From NCBI GenBank assembly GCA_944332295.1, contig CALVJR010000003.1:21201-85200 (forward strand): a stretch of 64,000 nucleotides of DNA, given 5' to 3'. Numbering within the stretch: the first letter of the stretch is position 1; the number at the start of each line of letters is the position of its first letter. The notes beneath the pieces were generated by a model, which saw nothing but the letters and a program-made list of their open reading frames with translations, had not been told where the DNA came from and made no database searches. The stretch comes from an uncultured Bacilli bacterium (GTDB taxonomy: Bacteria > Bacillota_I > Bacilli_A > RF39 > UBA660). Shown here in pieces: positions 8,025-17,699 of this stretch. A program made the translations under genes and the position numbers.

Positions 8025-8750
8025 ATGATGAGTAAGGATAATGACATTGAAATTCCTTCTTATATGAATAATACAAATAATAGTAGGAAAACTAGAAGGA
8101 GATTATCTCCTGAAGAAAGAGCTCAAATAATACGCTATGATTTTGAAAATACTAAGAATCACTCACGTGATACTAAACCAATTCATGCTAAAAAGTCTAA
8201 GAAAAAAGTATCGAAGATGTCTGATGTTAAAAGAATGCGTATCGCTTTTGGTTTAGGTGTTGGAGTTACACTTGGGGTTGTTGGATTTGCTAATAAAGAC
8301 AATATCGTAGAAATTCCTCAAAAATTCGAAGAGTGGCAAATAACAAGTGAATATTTATCTGATTTATATGATGTCATTCATGAACATGAGCATGAGAATA
8401 GTAATGGAACTTGGTATGATGTTGGTGATATTTCTGCAGACTTTCAAGATATGCTTAAAAATGGTGTTCCTGAAGATGCTATTGCTTATGTTACTGCTAA
8501 TAGTTTTTCTTATACTTATGAGACTGATGAAAGATCAGCTGTTTTTAGTAGTCTTTTTAATGCTACTCCTGATGAATGGGCAAAGCAGCATGGGTATGAT
8601 AGTATTGAAGATGAAAACTTAGAAAAAGATGTAGAAAGAAATATACTTCGTACTACTAAGATTAATGAATATAATCAAAGTTTAAATTCTATGCTTGAAG
8701 ATACAGGAAATCAGATTGAATCTAGTATGAAAGGTATGGGTGGTAAATAA
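8025..8750 (+). CDS. Hypothetical membrane-anchored protein
   Basis: 241 aa. Basic N-terminus, a single TM (IAFGLGVGVTLGVVGF) and an acidic C-domain. Confidence 0.5.
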   Translation: MMSKDNDIEIPSYMNNTNNSRKTRRRLSPEERAQIIRYDFENTKNHSRDTKPIHAKKSKKKVSKMSDVKRMRIAFGLGVGVTLGVVGFANKDNIVEIPQKFEEWQITSEYLSDLYDVIHEHEHENSNGTWYDVGDISADFQDMLKNGVPEDAIAYVTANSFSYTYETDERSAVFSSLFNATPDEWAKQHGYDSIEDENLEKDVERNILRTTKINEYNQSLNSMLEDTGNQIESSMKGMGGK

Positions 8751-8974
8751 TGAAAGAAGTTGATATCTATACATTTGATGATAAAAATTATGTTTTATTA
8801 GATAGAATTGAAGATTATTTATTTCTTTCTAATGAAAAAAATGATCATGATATGATGATTCGAAAAGTAGATGCTGATGATGAAGAAACTTTACTACCAC
8901 TTGAGTCTGATGAAGAATTTGAAAAAGCATTATTGCTGCTTGTAACTAAAAAGTTAAAAGAAGAGGAAAGTTAA
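8750..8974 (+). CDS. Small acidic protein (DUF1292-like by eye)
   Basis: 74 aa. The ATG overlaps the upstream stop (TAATG). The pattern IYTFDDKNYVLLDRIE...LLPLESDEEFEK resembles DUF1292 proteins. Confidence 0.4.
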   Translation: MKEVDIYTFDDKNYVLLDRIEDYLFLSNEKNDHDMMIRKVDADDEETLLPLESDEEFEKALLLLVTKKLKEEES

Positions 8975-8986
8975 AAAAAGAAGTAG

Positions 8987-9478
8987 TTACTGATAATACT
9001 TCTTTTTTTGTGGACTTAAATTTTTTTTATTTTCTAATTTAAATTCGTTGAATCCGTACATTCCTTTTGGAGTAGTAAATGATTCTGTGTACGATGTCTT
9101 TTGCCAGTGATACTTTTCTATAATATTTTTAAATAATTCTAATTCAGTTATTGGAATATTAATTATTGGTTGTTCATTTTTTAAGTCATAGATGGCTTGA
9201 TTGACTAAGTCATCTAATATATTTTCTTCTTTATATTGATTATCTACTGCGATATCTATAATTTCTTGTTTTTGATTTTCCATTGTATAGGTAATTATTC
9301 CTATTACTTTTTTTCTATCACAGGCAAGGATAGCGTTATACCCTTCGATACAAGCATTTTTAATATCCGATATAGTTAAGTTAAATGTTTGCTCAGCTTG
9401 ATTAATATAGTGATTTAGGTTTTCATTATTATATTTTGCTAATAGACAGCCTTGAATATTGATATAGTTTATTTTCAT
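8987..9478 (-). CDS. Hypothetical protein (weakly GNAT-like, degenerate)
   Basis: 163 aa. VIGIITYTM...IIDIAVDNQYKEENILDDLVNQAI resembles GNAT motif A but lacks the R/Q-x-x-G-x-G/A loop. Confidence 0.35.
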   Translation of the reverse strand: MKINYINIQGCLLAKYNNENLNHYINQAEQTFNLTISDIKNACIEGYNAILACDRKKVIGIITYTMENQKQEIIDIAVDNQYKEENILDDLVNQAIYDLKNEQPIINIPITELELFKNIIEKYHWQKTSYTESFTTPKGMYGFNEFKLENKKNLSPQKKKYYQ

Positions 9479-9479
9479 A

Positions 9480-9713
9480 TTATTCTTCTACTTTAAAGTC
9501 GCTTAATGATCCATCAGGGTTTACAATTTTGGTAATTGCTTCTTCTGCTGATTTTAATTTTTCATCACAACTTTTTGCTAGAAGCATAGCTTCATTAAAT
9601 TCGTTGATAGCATCATCTAATGGGACTTCCCCACTTTCTAATTTTTTTACAATGTTTTCTAATTTTTCTAAACTTTCTTCAAAAGTTAATTCTTTTTCTT
9701 CTGTTTTTGCCAT
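9480..9713 (-). CDS. xseB: Exodeoxyribonuclease VII small subunit
   Basis: 77 aa. LTFEESLEKLENIVKKLESGEVPLDDAI is a typical XseB sequence. Confidence 0.9.
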   Translation of the reverse strand: MAKTEEKELTFEESLEKLENIVKKLESGEVPLDDAINEFNEAMLLAKSCDEKLKSAEEAITKIVNPDGSLSDFKVEE

Positions 9714-9897
9714 GTTATTTCTCCTCTTTATTTAAATTTCTTCCTCCCTATTCTACTATAGTGAAACCTTTTCTAGTATTCTTGGGTAGTTTTTGTTCTA
9801 TTATTTTGTATGGTTTATCTATGCTTTTAAAATCCATATATACTCTTATTTTTTTGACATTGTGCTGGTTTCTGATGAAGTTCTACTTTGTTTCATG

Positions 9898-11151
9898 TTA
9901 TATTACCTCTGCATTTATTGTACCATCTGTCAAAGTGATTTCTATTTTGTCTTTTTTATTTAAATCTTTTACTTTTGTAATTACTTTTCCCTCTTTTTTA
10001 GTCATAGAATATCCTCTTTTTATGGTTAATAGAGGGCTTAGTGTTTCTAATTTTGATATTAATTGCAGATATTTATTTTGTTTGTTATCTATTAATTTTT
10101 TAGGATCTTTTAAAATATAAGAACTCATGATTAAGTTAAATTTTTTTTCTTTTTCTGTGATTATAGTTTTACTTGCAAATCTTAATCTATCTAAGATACT
10201 ATCAAATTGTAATTCTTTTGCTTGATAGATAGCAATGGGATTTTGAAAAATATATCTACTTTTTATTTCTTCTAATTTTTGGGTATTAATATTAATTTTA
10301 TGTTGCATTGCTTTATTGAGTCTTATTTTTAATTGGTTTAAGTAGTTTTCTACATCTGCTTTTTGTGGTACTGCAAGTTCTGCTGCTCCTGTTGGAGTGG
10401 GTGCTCTAAGATCAGCAACAAAATCAGCAATGGTAAAGTCAATTTCGTGCCCTACTGCACTTATTATTGGTATGTCACAGGCAAATATACTTCTAGCTAC
10501 TATTTCTTCGTTAAATGGCCATAAATCTTCGATAGATCCTCCTCCTCGTCCTACGATTAGAGTATCTAAATTATAGTCTTTTGCTCTTTCTATCTGCTTT
10601 ACAATATCATCTTTGGCATTTTCTCCTTGTACAAGAGATGGAAATAGTATGATTTCTGCTAGAGGCCAACGCCTTTTAATGGTTGATATGATATCTTTGA
10701 TGGCTGCCCCTGTTGATGCTGTTACTACCCCTACTCTATTTGGAATTTTTTTGATTGGTTTTTTATATTCTTTTCTAAATAGTCCTTCTTGTTCTAGTTT
10801 CTTTTTTAATTGTTCATAGGCAATATATAAATTACCAACACCATCTTCTAGCATATCATTAACATAGATTTGATATCCTCCATTAGCTTCAAATACACTA
10901 ATTTTACCGGTCACTAGAACTTTCATTCCATCTTGTGGCATAAATTTTATTTTCTTTGTATTAGATGCAAACATAATCGCATTAATTCTAGAGCCTTCAT
11001 CTTTTAAAGTAAAATAGAAATGTCCTCTGGTATGTGCTTTAAAGTTTGATATTTCTCCTTTTAAGAATACTTCATTTAGATTTACATCATTATCTATTTT
11101 ATATTTAATATATCTAGTTAATTGTGTTACTGTGATATATTTATCATTCAT
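9898..11151 (-). CDS. xseA: Exodeoxyribonuclease VII large subunit
   Basis: 417 aa. N-terminal OB fold (VFLKGEISNFKAHTRGHFYFTLKD), then GVVTASTGAAIKDI and RGGGSIEDLWPFN. Confidence 0.95.
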   Translation of the reverse strand: MNDKYITVTQLTRYIKYKIDNDVNLNEVFLKGEISNFKAHTRGHFYFTLKDEGSRINAIMFASNTKKIKFMPQDGMKVLVTGKISVFEANGGYQIYVNDMLEDGVGNLYIAYEQLKKKLEQEGLFRKEYKKPIKKIPNRVGVVTASTGAAIKDIISTIKRRWPLAEIILFPSLVQGENAKDDIVKQIERAKDYNLDTLIVGRGGGSIEDLWPFNEEIVARSIFACDIPIISAVGHEIDFTIADFVADLRAPTPTGAAELAVPQKADVENYLNQLKIRLNKAMQHKININTQKLEEIKSRYIFQNPIAIYQAKELQFDSILDRLRFASKTIITEKEKKFNLIMSSYILKDPKKLIDNKQNKYLQLISKLETLSPLLTIKRGYSMTKKEGKVITKVKDLNKKDKIEITLTDGTINAEVI

Positions 11152-11165
11152 ATGGCAATCCCTTT

Positions 11166-11576
11166 CTATTTTTCTTCTTCATGATAGATTTTATCTAGTA
11201 CGCCATTGATCATTTTTGTTACTGCTTCTTCTGAATATTTTTTAGATAATTCGATTGCTTCGTTGATTGCTACTACACTTGGTGTATCTGTATACATTAA
11301 TTCATAAATAGCTAGTGATAAAATGGCTTTATCAACTTTGTTTAGTCTATCTATTGTCCAGTTATTCATATATTTGTTTGCTAATTCGTTGATTTCTTTT
11401 TGATTTTTAATAATTCCTTCTACACAAGTATTTACATATTCATTTTCTATTTCTAATTGTTCCTTTATTAAATCATCAATGTTATATTCATTGTTTGTTT
11501 TGTCTAATATATAAGTTTGATAAATTACTTTCATAATTATCTCTCTTAATTCACTTCTATTTTTCATGTTATCCAT
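11166..11576 (-). CDS. nusB: Transcription antitermination factor NusB
   Basis: 136 aa. RSELREIIMKVIYQ...DRLNKVDKAILSLAIYEL...INEAIELSKKY is NusB-like, and the gene sits in the conserved position next to xseA. Confidence 0.9.
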   Translation of the reverse strand: MDNMKNRSELREIIMKVIYQTYILDKTNNEYNIDDLIKEQLEIENEYVNTCVEGIIKNQKEINELANKYMNNWTIDRLNKVDKAILSLAIYELMYTDTPSVVAINEAIELSKKYSEEAVTKMINGVLDKIYHEEEK

Positions 11577-11581
11577 CCTTT

Positions 11582-12508
11582 CTATTTTTTTTGTTTTACT
11601 ATTTTTGTTTCTGGTGATACTTTTTCAATAAACTCATCAATACCATAGCTTGGTGCTGTCATAACGATTTCTGCAATGTTATCGGAAGTTGAACCGGAAA
11701 TTATTTTTTGGGCTTTTTCCTTCCAAGCTTTGGGTAACTCTCCATCATTGAATAGGTAGTGGTGGTTAATTCTTCCTATTATTGCATCTAATGATAAGTC
11801 ATTTAATGGTGTTATTTCCTCTTGTGTTTGTTTTGTTGGAAAATCATTATGTCCATCGTATGATATTTGATAATAATCGCTATTTTCGGAATCCATCACT
11901 GCATCCATAGATAATTGTAAGTCAGGTATAAAAAAATGTTTTTGTCTTGTTTCTTTAATAATTTCTCTTAATTCTTTTGTATAATCAGTATAACCATTTA
12001 CATTTGATATTTCTTTTAGATTTCTATTTAATTCACTAGATAACTCTAATGTTTCTTTGTCGTAAATACATTTTTCTGTTTGAATACCTTTTAGTATGTG
12101 ATCTTCGTCATCTGTCTTTGATATAGTTACGGTTGTGGTACTAAAATATTCATATTTTTCTAAGTTATAAATTTCTATATAAGAACAAACTAAATCTGTG
12201 CTTTCATCTTCACTTATAGCAAATGTTGCTGTATATGTTGAGGAATCTTTATCAATGAAACAACTATATTCTATTTTTTTCTTTTGCTCTTCTTCATTTT
12301 TTTCAAAGTCTTGTTCGATTACATCTACTCTAATTATTTTTTGATATTCTGCAGGGTTAAGCTCAATATATCTATTTTCATTATCAATGTCTTTCACTCT
12401 AAATGTTTCTTTAGCTGAAATTATATCTTTGATTAATTCTTGATATATTTTGTTTTTTGTTAAACTTGGTGCCCAGTGTTCTAATATGTAATAAATGTCA
12501 TATCTCAT
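11582..12508 (-). CDS. Hypothetical protein (occupies the slot usually held by mutL)
   Basis: 308-aa ORF starting 4 nt after the mutS stop. No GHKL or other motif recognised. Confidence 0.5.
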   Translation of the reverse strand: MRYDIYYILEHWAPSLTKNKIYQELIKDIISAKETFRVKDIDNENRYIELNPAEYQKIIRVDVIEQDFEKNEEEQKKKIEYSCFIDKDSSTYTATFAISEDESTDLVCSYIEIYNLEKYEYFSTTTVTISKTDDEDHILKGIQTEKCIYDKETLELSSELNRNLKEISNVNGYTDYTKELREIIKETRQKHFFIPDLQLSMDAVMDSENSDYYQISYDGHNDFPTKQTQEEITPLNDLSLDAIIGRINHHYLFNDGELPKAWKEKAQKIISGSTSDNIAEIVMTAPSYGIDEFIEKVSPETKIVKQKK

Positions 12509-12511
12509 ACT

Positions 12512-15076
12512 TTATTCCTTTCTGCTTACTTCCTTTTTTAATTCGTAAAGATAGCTTAAGGCTTCCATTGGTGTCATTTCTAAAGGATTGATTCCTTTTA
12601 TTTTTTCTTCAATTGGATTTATTTTTGGTTCCGCCTTACTTTCTGTTAATTCAAATAGTGACGTTTGTGTAAATGTTTCTTTTTTTACATTTTTATGTTC
12701 ATAGATGTTTAATATTTCGTCAGCTCTTTTAATTAGAGATTCTGGAAGGTGTGCAAGACTTGCAACATGAATACCATAACTTTTATCGATTGCTCCATTT
12801 TTTACTTTATGTAAAAATGTGATTTTTCCATCTTTTTCTACGGCTGATACATGGACATTTTTTAGATGCTTTAAATCTTTTTCTAGTATTGTTAATTCAT
12901 GATAATGAGTAGAAAACATGGTTTTGGCTTTTATCTTGTCATGAATATATTCTAGTATGGCTTGTGCTAGACTCATTCCATCATAAGTAGCTGTTCCACG
13001 TCCTAGTTCATCAAATAAGATTAAGCTGTGTTCTGTTGCTTCGCTGATGGCGGTATTTGCTTCTTTCATTTCTACCATGAAAGTAGATTCTCCACTGACA
13101 AGGTCATCACTTGCTCCAATTCTTGTAAATATTTTATCAAATATTGGCATGGTACAACTTTTACATGGTACAAAGCAACCAATTTGAGCCATAATTACTG
13201 TAATTGCACATTGCCTCATATAAGTAGATTTACCTGCCATATTTGGACCTGTAATCAATAATACATCTGTTGTCTTGTCCATAATAATATCGTTTGGAAT
13301 GTATTTATCTTTCATTACTTGTTCTACTACAGGATGACGACATTCTATCATTTTAATTACTTTTTCATCGGTTAATGTAGGTCTTACAAATTTATAGGCA
13401 TCACTTACTACAGAGAAGGATTGTAGCATATCTACTTCACTAATAATTTTAGCAATTCTTTGTAGTTTTCCGATATATCTTTTTACTACTTCTCTGATAT
13501 CCATAAATAATTTGTATTCTAGATTAATTATCTTTTCTTCGGCACCTAAAATAATATTTTCTTTTTCTTTTAGAAGAGGTGTTGTAAATCGTTCACAGTT
13601 GGCTAGGGTTTGCTTTCTATCGTAACCAAACTCTTCTTTTACTAAATGTGTTTGACCTTTGGATACTTCTATGTAGTAACCAAATACTTTATTAAATCCA
13701 ACTTTTAGATTCTTAATACCGGTTCTTTCTTTTTCCTTTTGTTCTAATTCTAAGATAAAATCTTTAGAGCCAGAGCTTACTTTTTTTAGCTCATCTAATT
13801 CTTCGTTATATCCTGGTTTGATTAAGTGCCCTTCATGTAGAGAGAATGGTGCGTCTTCTAGAATGGTTTTTTCTAGGAGTTCGTATAACTCTTCTAATGT
13901 TTCTAGTTTTTTATCATAACCAATTTGTTCTAGTATTTCTTTTATGTTGGGAAGTGACTTTAGAGAACTTTTTAGTTGCAATAAATCTTTGGCATTTAAG
14001 TTTCCGTAAGTGATTCTTCCTGCTAGTCTTTCTAAGTCATAGACGTTTCCTAGTTCTTTGATTAGGTCATCTCGCAATATAAATTCGGTAGATAATTTTT
14101 CTACCATATGATATCTTCTTTCGATGTCTTCTCTTTTTGTCAATGGATTTTCAATATTATATTTTAAATATCTTGAGCCCATGGCAGTTTTGTTTTTATC
14201 CAGTAACCATAATAAGCTATATTGGCGTTCTCTATTTCTAAGAGTTTCTGTTAGTTCTAGATTTCGTTTCGTGTTATTATCAAATTCTAGGTATTCACTA
14301 TTTTTGATTACTCTACATTTTTGTAAGTGATGTAGGTCTCCTTTTTTTGTATCAATGATGTAGTAAAGTAAGTGTTTTAGTGTCGATGTGATTCTTACAT
14401 CCTCAATATCTTTGTAGATGTATTCGTAATTTTTATCTTCTAATTCTTCTTTGGTAATTGTTACTAATACATTGTAATTGGTTCTTAATATTTCTATAAT
14501 TTCACGATTGATAGAATCATTTACAATTACTTCTCTAAAACCATGTTTTGATACTTCTTTAATTACCTTATCTTTTTCTCCTTCAATTAGCATTGCATAT
14601 ACTTCACCGGTTGAAATATCTGCAAAACTAATTCCATAACAGTAATCGAAGTTATAAATATTAGCGATATAGTTATTACTTTTGGAGTCGATATTTTCAT
14701 CAATTCTTGTTCCTTTGGTAATTACTTGTATTACATCTCGTTTTACCATACCTTTTGTTTCTTTTGGGTCTTCTAGTTGTTCACATATTGCTACTTTATA
14801 ACCTTTTTCTATTAATGCGTCTACATAAGATGCGTAAGCATGATGAGGAACGCCGCACATAGGTACACGTTCCTCTAGTCCTGCTTGTTTTCCTGTTAGA
14901 GTCAACTCTAGAACGCGAGATGCAATAATAGCATCATCAAAAAACATTTCATAAAAGTCACCTAGTCGAAAAAAGATAATACTGTCTTCGTATTTATCTT
15001 TTATCTCCATATACTGTTGCATCATTGGACTTAATTTTTCTCTTTGTACTTCACTTCGTTTCATTTCTTTCACCAC
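12512..15076 (-). CDS. mutS: DNA mismatch repair protein MutS
   Basis: 854 aa. TPMMQQY-type N-terminus (SPMMQQYMEIK), Walker A GPNMAGKSTYMRQ, and STFMVEM...DELGRGT. Confidence 0.97.
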   Translation of the reverse strand: MVKEMKRSEVQREKLSPMMQQYMEIKDKYEDSIIFFRLGDFYEMFFDDAIIASRVLELTLTGKQAGLEERVPMCGVPHHAYASYVDALIEKGYKVAICEQLEDPKETKGMVKRDVIQVITKGTRIDENIDSKSNNYIANIYNFDYCYGISFADISTGEVYAMLIEGEKDKVIKEVSKHGFREVIVNDSINREIIEILRTNYNVLVTITKEELEDKNYEYIYKDIEDVRITSTLKHLLYYIIDTKKGDLHHLQKCRVIKNSEYLEFDNNTKRNLELTETLRNRERQYSLLWLLDKNKTAMGSRYLKYNIENPLTKREDIERRYHMVEKLSTEFILRDDLIKELGNVYDLERLAGRITYGNLNAKDLLQLKSSLKSLPNIKEILEQIGYDKKLETLEELYELLEKTILEDAPFSLHEGHLIKPGYNEELDELKKVSSGSKDFILELEQKEKERTGIKNLKVGFNKVFGYYIEVSKGQTHLVKEEFGYDRKQTLANCERFTTPLLKEKENIILGAEEKIINLEYKLFMDIREVVKRYIGKLQRIAKIISEVDMLQSFSVVSDAYKFVRPTLTDEKVIKMIECRHPVVEQVMKDKYIPNDIIMDKTTDVLLITGPNMAGKSTYMRQCAITVIMAQIGCFVPCKSCTMPIFDKIFTRIGASDDLVSGESTFMVEMKEANTAISEATEHSLILFDELGRGTATYDGMSLAQAILEYIHDKIKAKTMFSTHYHELTILEKDLKHLKNVHVSAVEKDGKITFLHKVKNGAIDKSYGIHVASLAHLPESLIKRADEILNIYEHKNVKKETFTQTSLFELTESKAEPKINPIEEKIKGINPLEMTPMEALSYLYELKKEVSRKE

Positions 15077-15124
15077 TAGTACTATTATAGCAAAAAAACG
15101 ATTTATTGGATAGTAAAATATGTC

Positions 15125-16174
15125 TTATGTATGTAAAAATGTCATTAGATTTGAACTTGGTAGCGATGGTGTTTTTCTTTTTTGAAAAATGTTTGGTAGT
15201 ATCAGAGATAATTTATTCTTTTTCTGTTTGATTTGGTATGTAGAATTAGGTATTTTAGAAATTTCTGCGAAAGAAACTGCTAACTTTTCGATTGGGAAAA
15301 AAAGATTAGATTTTGCCATATATGCATCTAGGGACTCCTTCATTAATAGCCAATAAGAATTGGTTGATGTATTTAATTTAATATGAATAATATCTCTTGG
15401 GATAACATTGTTGGCATATTTAATATAAAGATAGATGGTTTTTGTAGATAGTCCTTCTTCTTTTAGTTTTAAAATGTTAAAGTCTAATAATTTTTGCAAT
15501 TTATAGTAAGTTTCTTTTCTGGATTTTATACTTTCAAATGTTGTGGATGAAGATACTGTTTTTGGTAGAGTCTTTTTATTTAAATCTTTGATTGTGCTAG
15601 CTTCTAATCCTAGTGAATGATTTATTAGATATTCTGCATTATAGCCGAATTCTTCATAAAGCTTTTCATATGGATAAGATCTGATATCTTTCATGGAAGT
15701 AATTCCTAGCTTTTTAAGTTTTAACATCATACTATGACTAATTTGCCAGAAATCTGTTAATGGTTTGTGATTGGAACAAATAGAAAGGTACTCCTTCTCA
15801 TCTAAATATGCAATCTGTGTATGCTTTTCTTTCGTTATTATATCACATGCTGTTTTTGCTAAAAATAAGTTTGTTCCTATCCCTATTGTTGGCATTATAT
15901 TCCATCTTCTGATGATATTGTTTTTCATTTCTAATGCTAATTGATATGGTGTTTTTTGATATAATTCTGGATAATTAGTAATATCAATAAAAAATTCTTT
16001 TTCACTGTAACAATAGATGTCTTCATAAAAGAAATAGTCTGTTAACCATTCATAGAAATGATTTGTTTTACTGATTGTTTTTTGCTCGTTGTAGCCATTA
16101 AACCATTCTTCCTTTTTTTGCTCTTTTTCTTTCTTCTTAGAGTTTATTTGTAATACTAAATATTTTTTTTGCAT
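15125..16174 (-). CDS. Y-family DNA polymerase homolog, apparently catalytically degenerate
   Basis: IGIGTNLFLAKTACD plus little-finger-like regions align with DinB/UmuC. The SLDEAYLDVT motif reads SEKEFFIDIT, and the N-terminal DMD motif reads LQIN. The start is taken at MQKKY (SD GGGAGG; the track ORF extends to 16192). Confidence 0.65.
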   Translation of the reverse strand: MQKKYLVLQINSKKKEKEQKKEEWFNGYNEQKTISKTNHFYEWLTDYFFYEDIYCYSEKEFFIDITNYPELYQKTPYQLALEMKNNIIRRWNIMPTIGIGTNLFLAKTACDIITKEKHTQIAYLDEKEYLSICSNHKPLTDFWQISHSMMLKLKKLGITSMKDIRSYPYEKLYEEFGYNAEYLINHSLGLEASTIKDLNKKTLPKTVSSSTTFESIKSRKETYYKLQKLLDFNILKLKEEGLSTKTIYLYIKYANNVIPRDIIHIKLNTSTNSYWLLMKESLDAYMAKSNLFFPIEKLAVSFAEISKIPNSTYQIKQKKNKLSLILPNIFQKRKTPSLPSSNLMTFLHT

Positions 16175-16269
16175 ATTTTTCCTCCCTTTCATTATCTGAT
16201 ATAAATATAATACATTTGTTCGTATAAATCAATCGAACAGAGCGAAAAAAATCGAAAAAAAATTCGAGC

Positions 16270-16295
16270 AAAGAAAAAAGGAGTTTATTCTCCTT
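16270..16295 (-). terminator. Rho-independent terminator after murC
   Basis: Hairpin AAGGAG-TTTATT-CTCCTT followed by a T-run on the minus strand. Confidence 0.55.
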
Positions 16296-17598
16296 ATTTT
16301 ATCACGTTTTTAAATTTGTCAATTAGTTTGTCAACAGGAGCGCAACCCATGAAACATACAACAGAATCTTTTTCTTCTTTTAATTTATCTATTGTATCTA
16401 GACTAATCATGTCGCCATTTTCTAAGTTATCTACAATGATATGTGACGTGATTCCAGGATAATCTTCTGGACGTTCTCTATTACAATCTATTTCTGTTAA
16501 ATAGGTTTTATCGGCTATCTTAAATGATTCAATAAACTCATCTTTAAAGTCTTGTGTTCTAGAATAAGTGTTTGGTACAAAAATAACTACTAGCTTTTTA
16601 TTTGGGTATTTTTGCTTTACTGCATCTAATGTTACTTTTATTTCTGTTGGATGATGAGCGTAGTCATCAATGATTACACAGTCTCCTATTTTTTCTTCCG
16701 CAAAACGACGTTTCGCATTATGGAAAGTTTCTAATAGATTATGAATTTTCTCTTGTGTTAAGCCTAATTCTTTGGCGATTGTGATTGCTGCTGCTGCATT
16801 TGCTACCATATGCTTTCCATATAAAGGAATGTCAAAATGACCAAAAAACTCGTTATTCATATACAAATCAAAAACAGATCCTGTTTCTAATAATTCCATA
16901 TTTTTTATTACGATGTCGTTGTTATCATTAAATCCATAGAATAATACTTTGGTTTTATAATTTATTTTTCTTACTTCTTCATTATCTCCGTTTGCAATTA
17001 CTAAGTTTTTTGTTTGATTTGCAAATATTTCAAAGGTATTTCTGATGTCATTAATATCTTTATAACATTCTAGGTGTTCTGCTTCAATGTTGGTTATAAT
17101 AGAATATGCTGGATGATAATCTGTAAAATGTCTATTAAACTCATCACTTTCTACTACAAAATATTTGTTTTCTTTTTTAGCATATCCATCCCCTGCTCCT
17201 ATAAAGTAATTGCATCCTATTGTATTTTCTAAAAGATGTTTTATTAGAGAAGAAGTAGTTGTTTTTCCATGAGTACCAGATACGCCGATTGATGTAAATA
17301 AATCAATAATATCTCCCATGATTTCACTGTATTTTTTTACTGTAAGTCCTAATTCTCTTACTCTCTTTATTTCTTCATGATCTTCTTTAAATGCTACACT
17401 ATGTGTTACGATTGTGTCTTTATCAATAGAATGTGTGTGATCATAATAAATTGGAATATTTCTTTCTTCTAGACCTTTTTGGGTAAATTTATAATCTTTG
17501 GCATCGTCGTAACCAGAAACAACATTTCCTAAATCATATAATATTTGTGCTAGTGTTGACATTCCTGTTCCCTTGATACCAATACAATAATATTTCAT
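16294..17598 (-). CDS. murC: UDP-N-acetylmuramate--L-alanine ligase
   Basis: 434 aa. GIKGTGMSTLAQIL and GTHGKTTTSSL (Mur ligase P-loop), with a MurC-typical N-terminus. Confidence 0.95.
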   Translation of the reverse strand: MKYYCIGIKGTGMSTLAQILYDLGNVVSGYDDAKDYKFTQKGLEERNIPIYYDHTHSIDKDTIVTHSVAFKEDHEEIKRVRELGLTVKKYSEIMGDIIDLFTSIGVSGTHGKTTTSSLIKHLLENTIGCNYFIGAGDGYAKKENKYFVVESDEFNRHFTDYHPAYSIITNIEAEHLECYKDINDIRNTFEIFANQTKNLVIANGDNEEVRKINYKTKVLFYGFNDNNDIVIKNMELLETGSVFDLYMNNEFFGHFDIPLYGKHMVANAAAAITIAKELGLTQEKIHNLLETFHNAKRRFAEEKIGDCVIIDDYAHHPTEIKVTLDAVKQKYPNKKLVVIFVPNTYSRTQDFKDEFIESFKIADKTYLTEIDCNRERPEDYPGITSHIIVDNLENGDMISLDTIDKLKEEKDSVVCFMGCAPVDKLIDKFKNVIK

Positions 17599-17669
17599 GT
17601 TATCACTCCTTTTATATATGTAAGTATACGCTATTTTTTTTTATAAGTAAAGTTACTTTAATTTATGCA

Positions 17670-17699
17670 AAAAGAAAAAAAGATTACTACATGTAATCT
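17670..17699 (-). terminator. Rho-independent terminator after the zinc-ribbon ORF
   Basis: Hairpin AGATTAC-TACAT-GTAATCT (17681-17699) followed by a long T-run on the minus strand. Confidence 0.55.

Noticed and set aside
8347-8622. A 91-aa same-strand ORF in an alternative frame inside 8025..8750.
   Set aside because: It is fully nested in a longer ORF that has a promoter, an SD and a sensible TM-plus-soluble architecture. The nested frame is M/L/F-rich and has no SD.
9714-9897. An unusual 184-nt gap between xseA and xseB that contains 16-aa and 29-aa minus-strand ORFs.
   Set aside because: The ORFs are very short and lack convincing SD sequences and recognisable features. The gap may simply hold an internal promoter. 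The evidence is insufficient to annotate anything.
9620-10120. A 166-aa plus-strand ORF, plus many other 60-120 aa track ORFs antisense to well-supported genes. Examples: 3433..3666, 4204..4440, 7408..7605, 10613..10819, 13028..13261, 14124..14330, 33843..34211, 38889..39185, 39250..39477, 61752..62018.
   Set aside because: They lie entirely opposite strongly supported genes such as xseA, xseB, mutS and rnj. They encode low-complexity F/L/S/I-rich strings typical of the antisense frame of AT-rich coding DNA, and they lack SD sequences.
16209-16240. A possible LexA (Cheo) box upstream of the Y-family polymerase homolog. The candidates are GTTCG-N11-CGAAC and CGAACAAATGTATT.
   Set aside because: The GTTCG/CGAAC halves are in the wrong order and spacing for the GAAC-N4-GTTC consensus. 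The best candidate matches only about 10 of 14 positions. This is not enough to call an SOS box.
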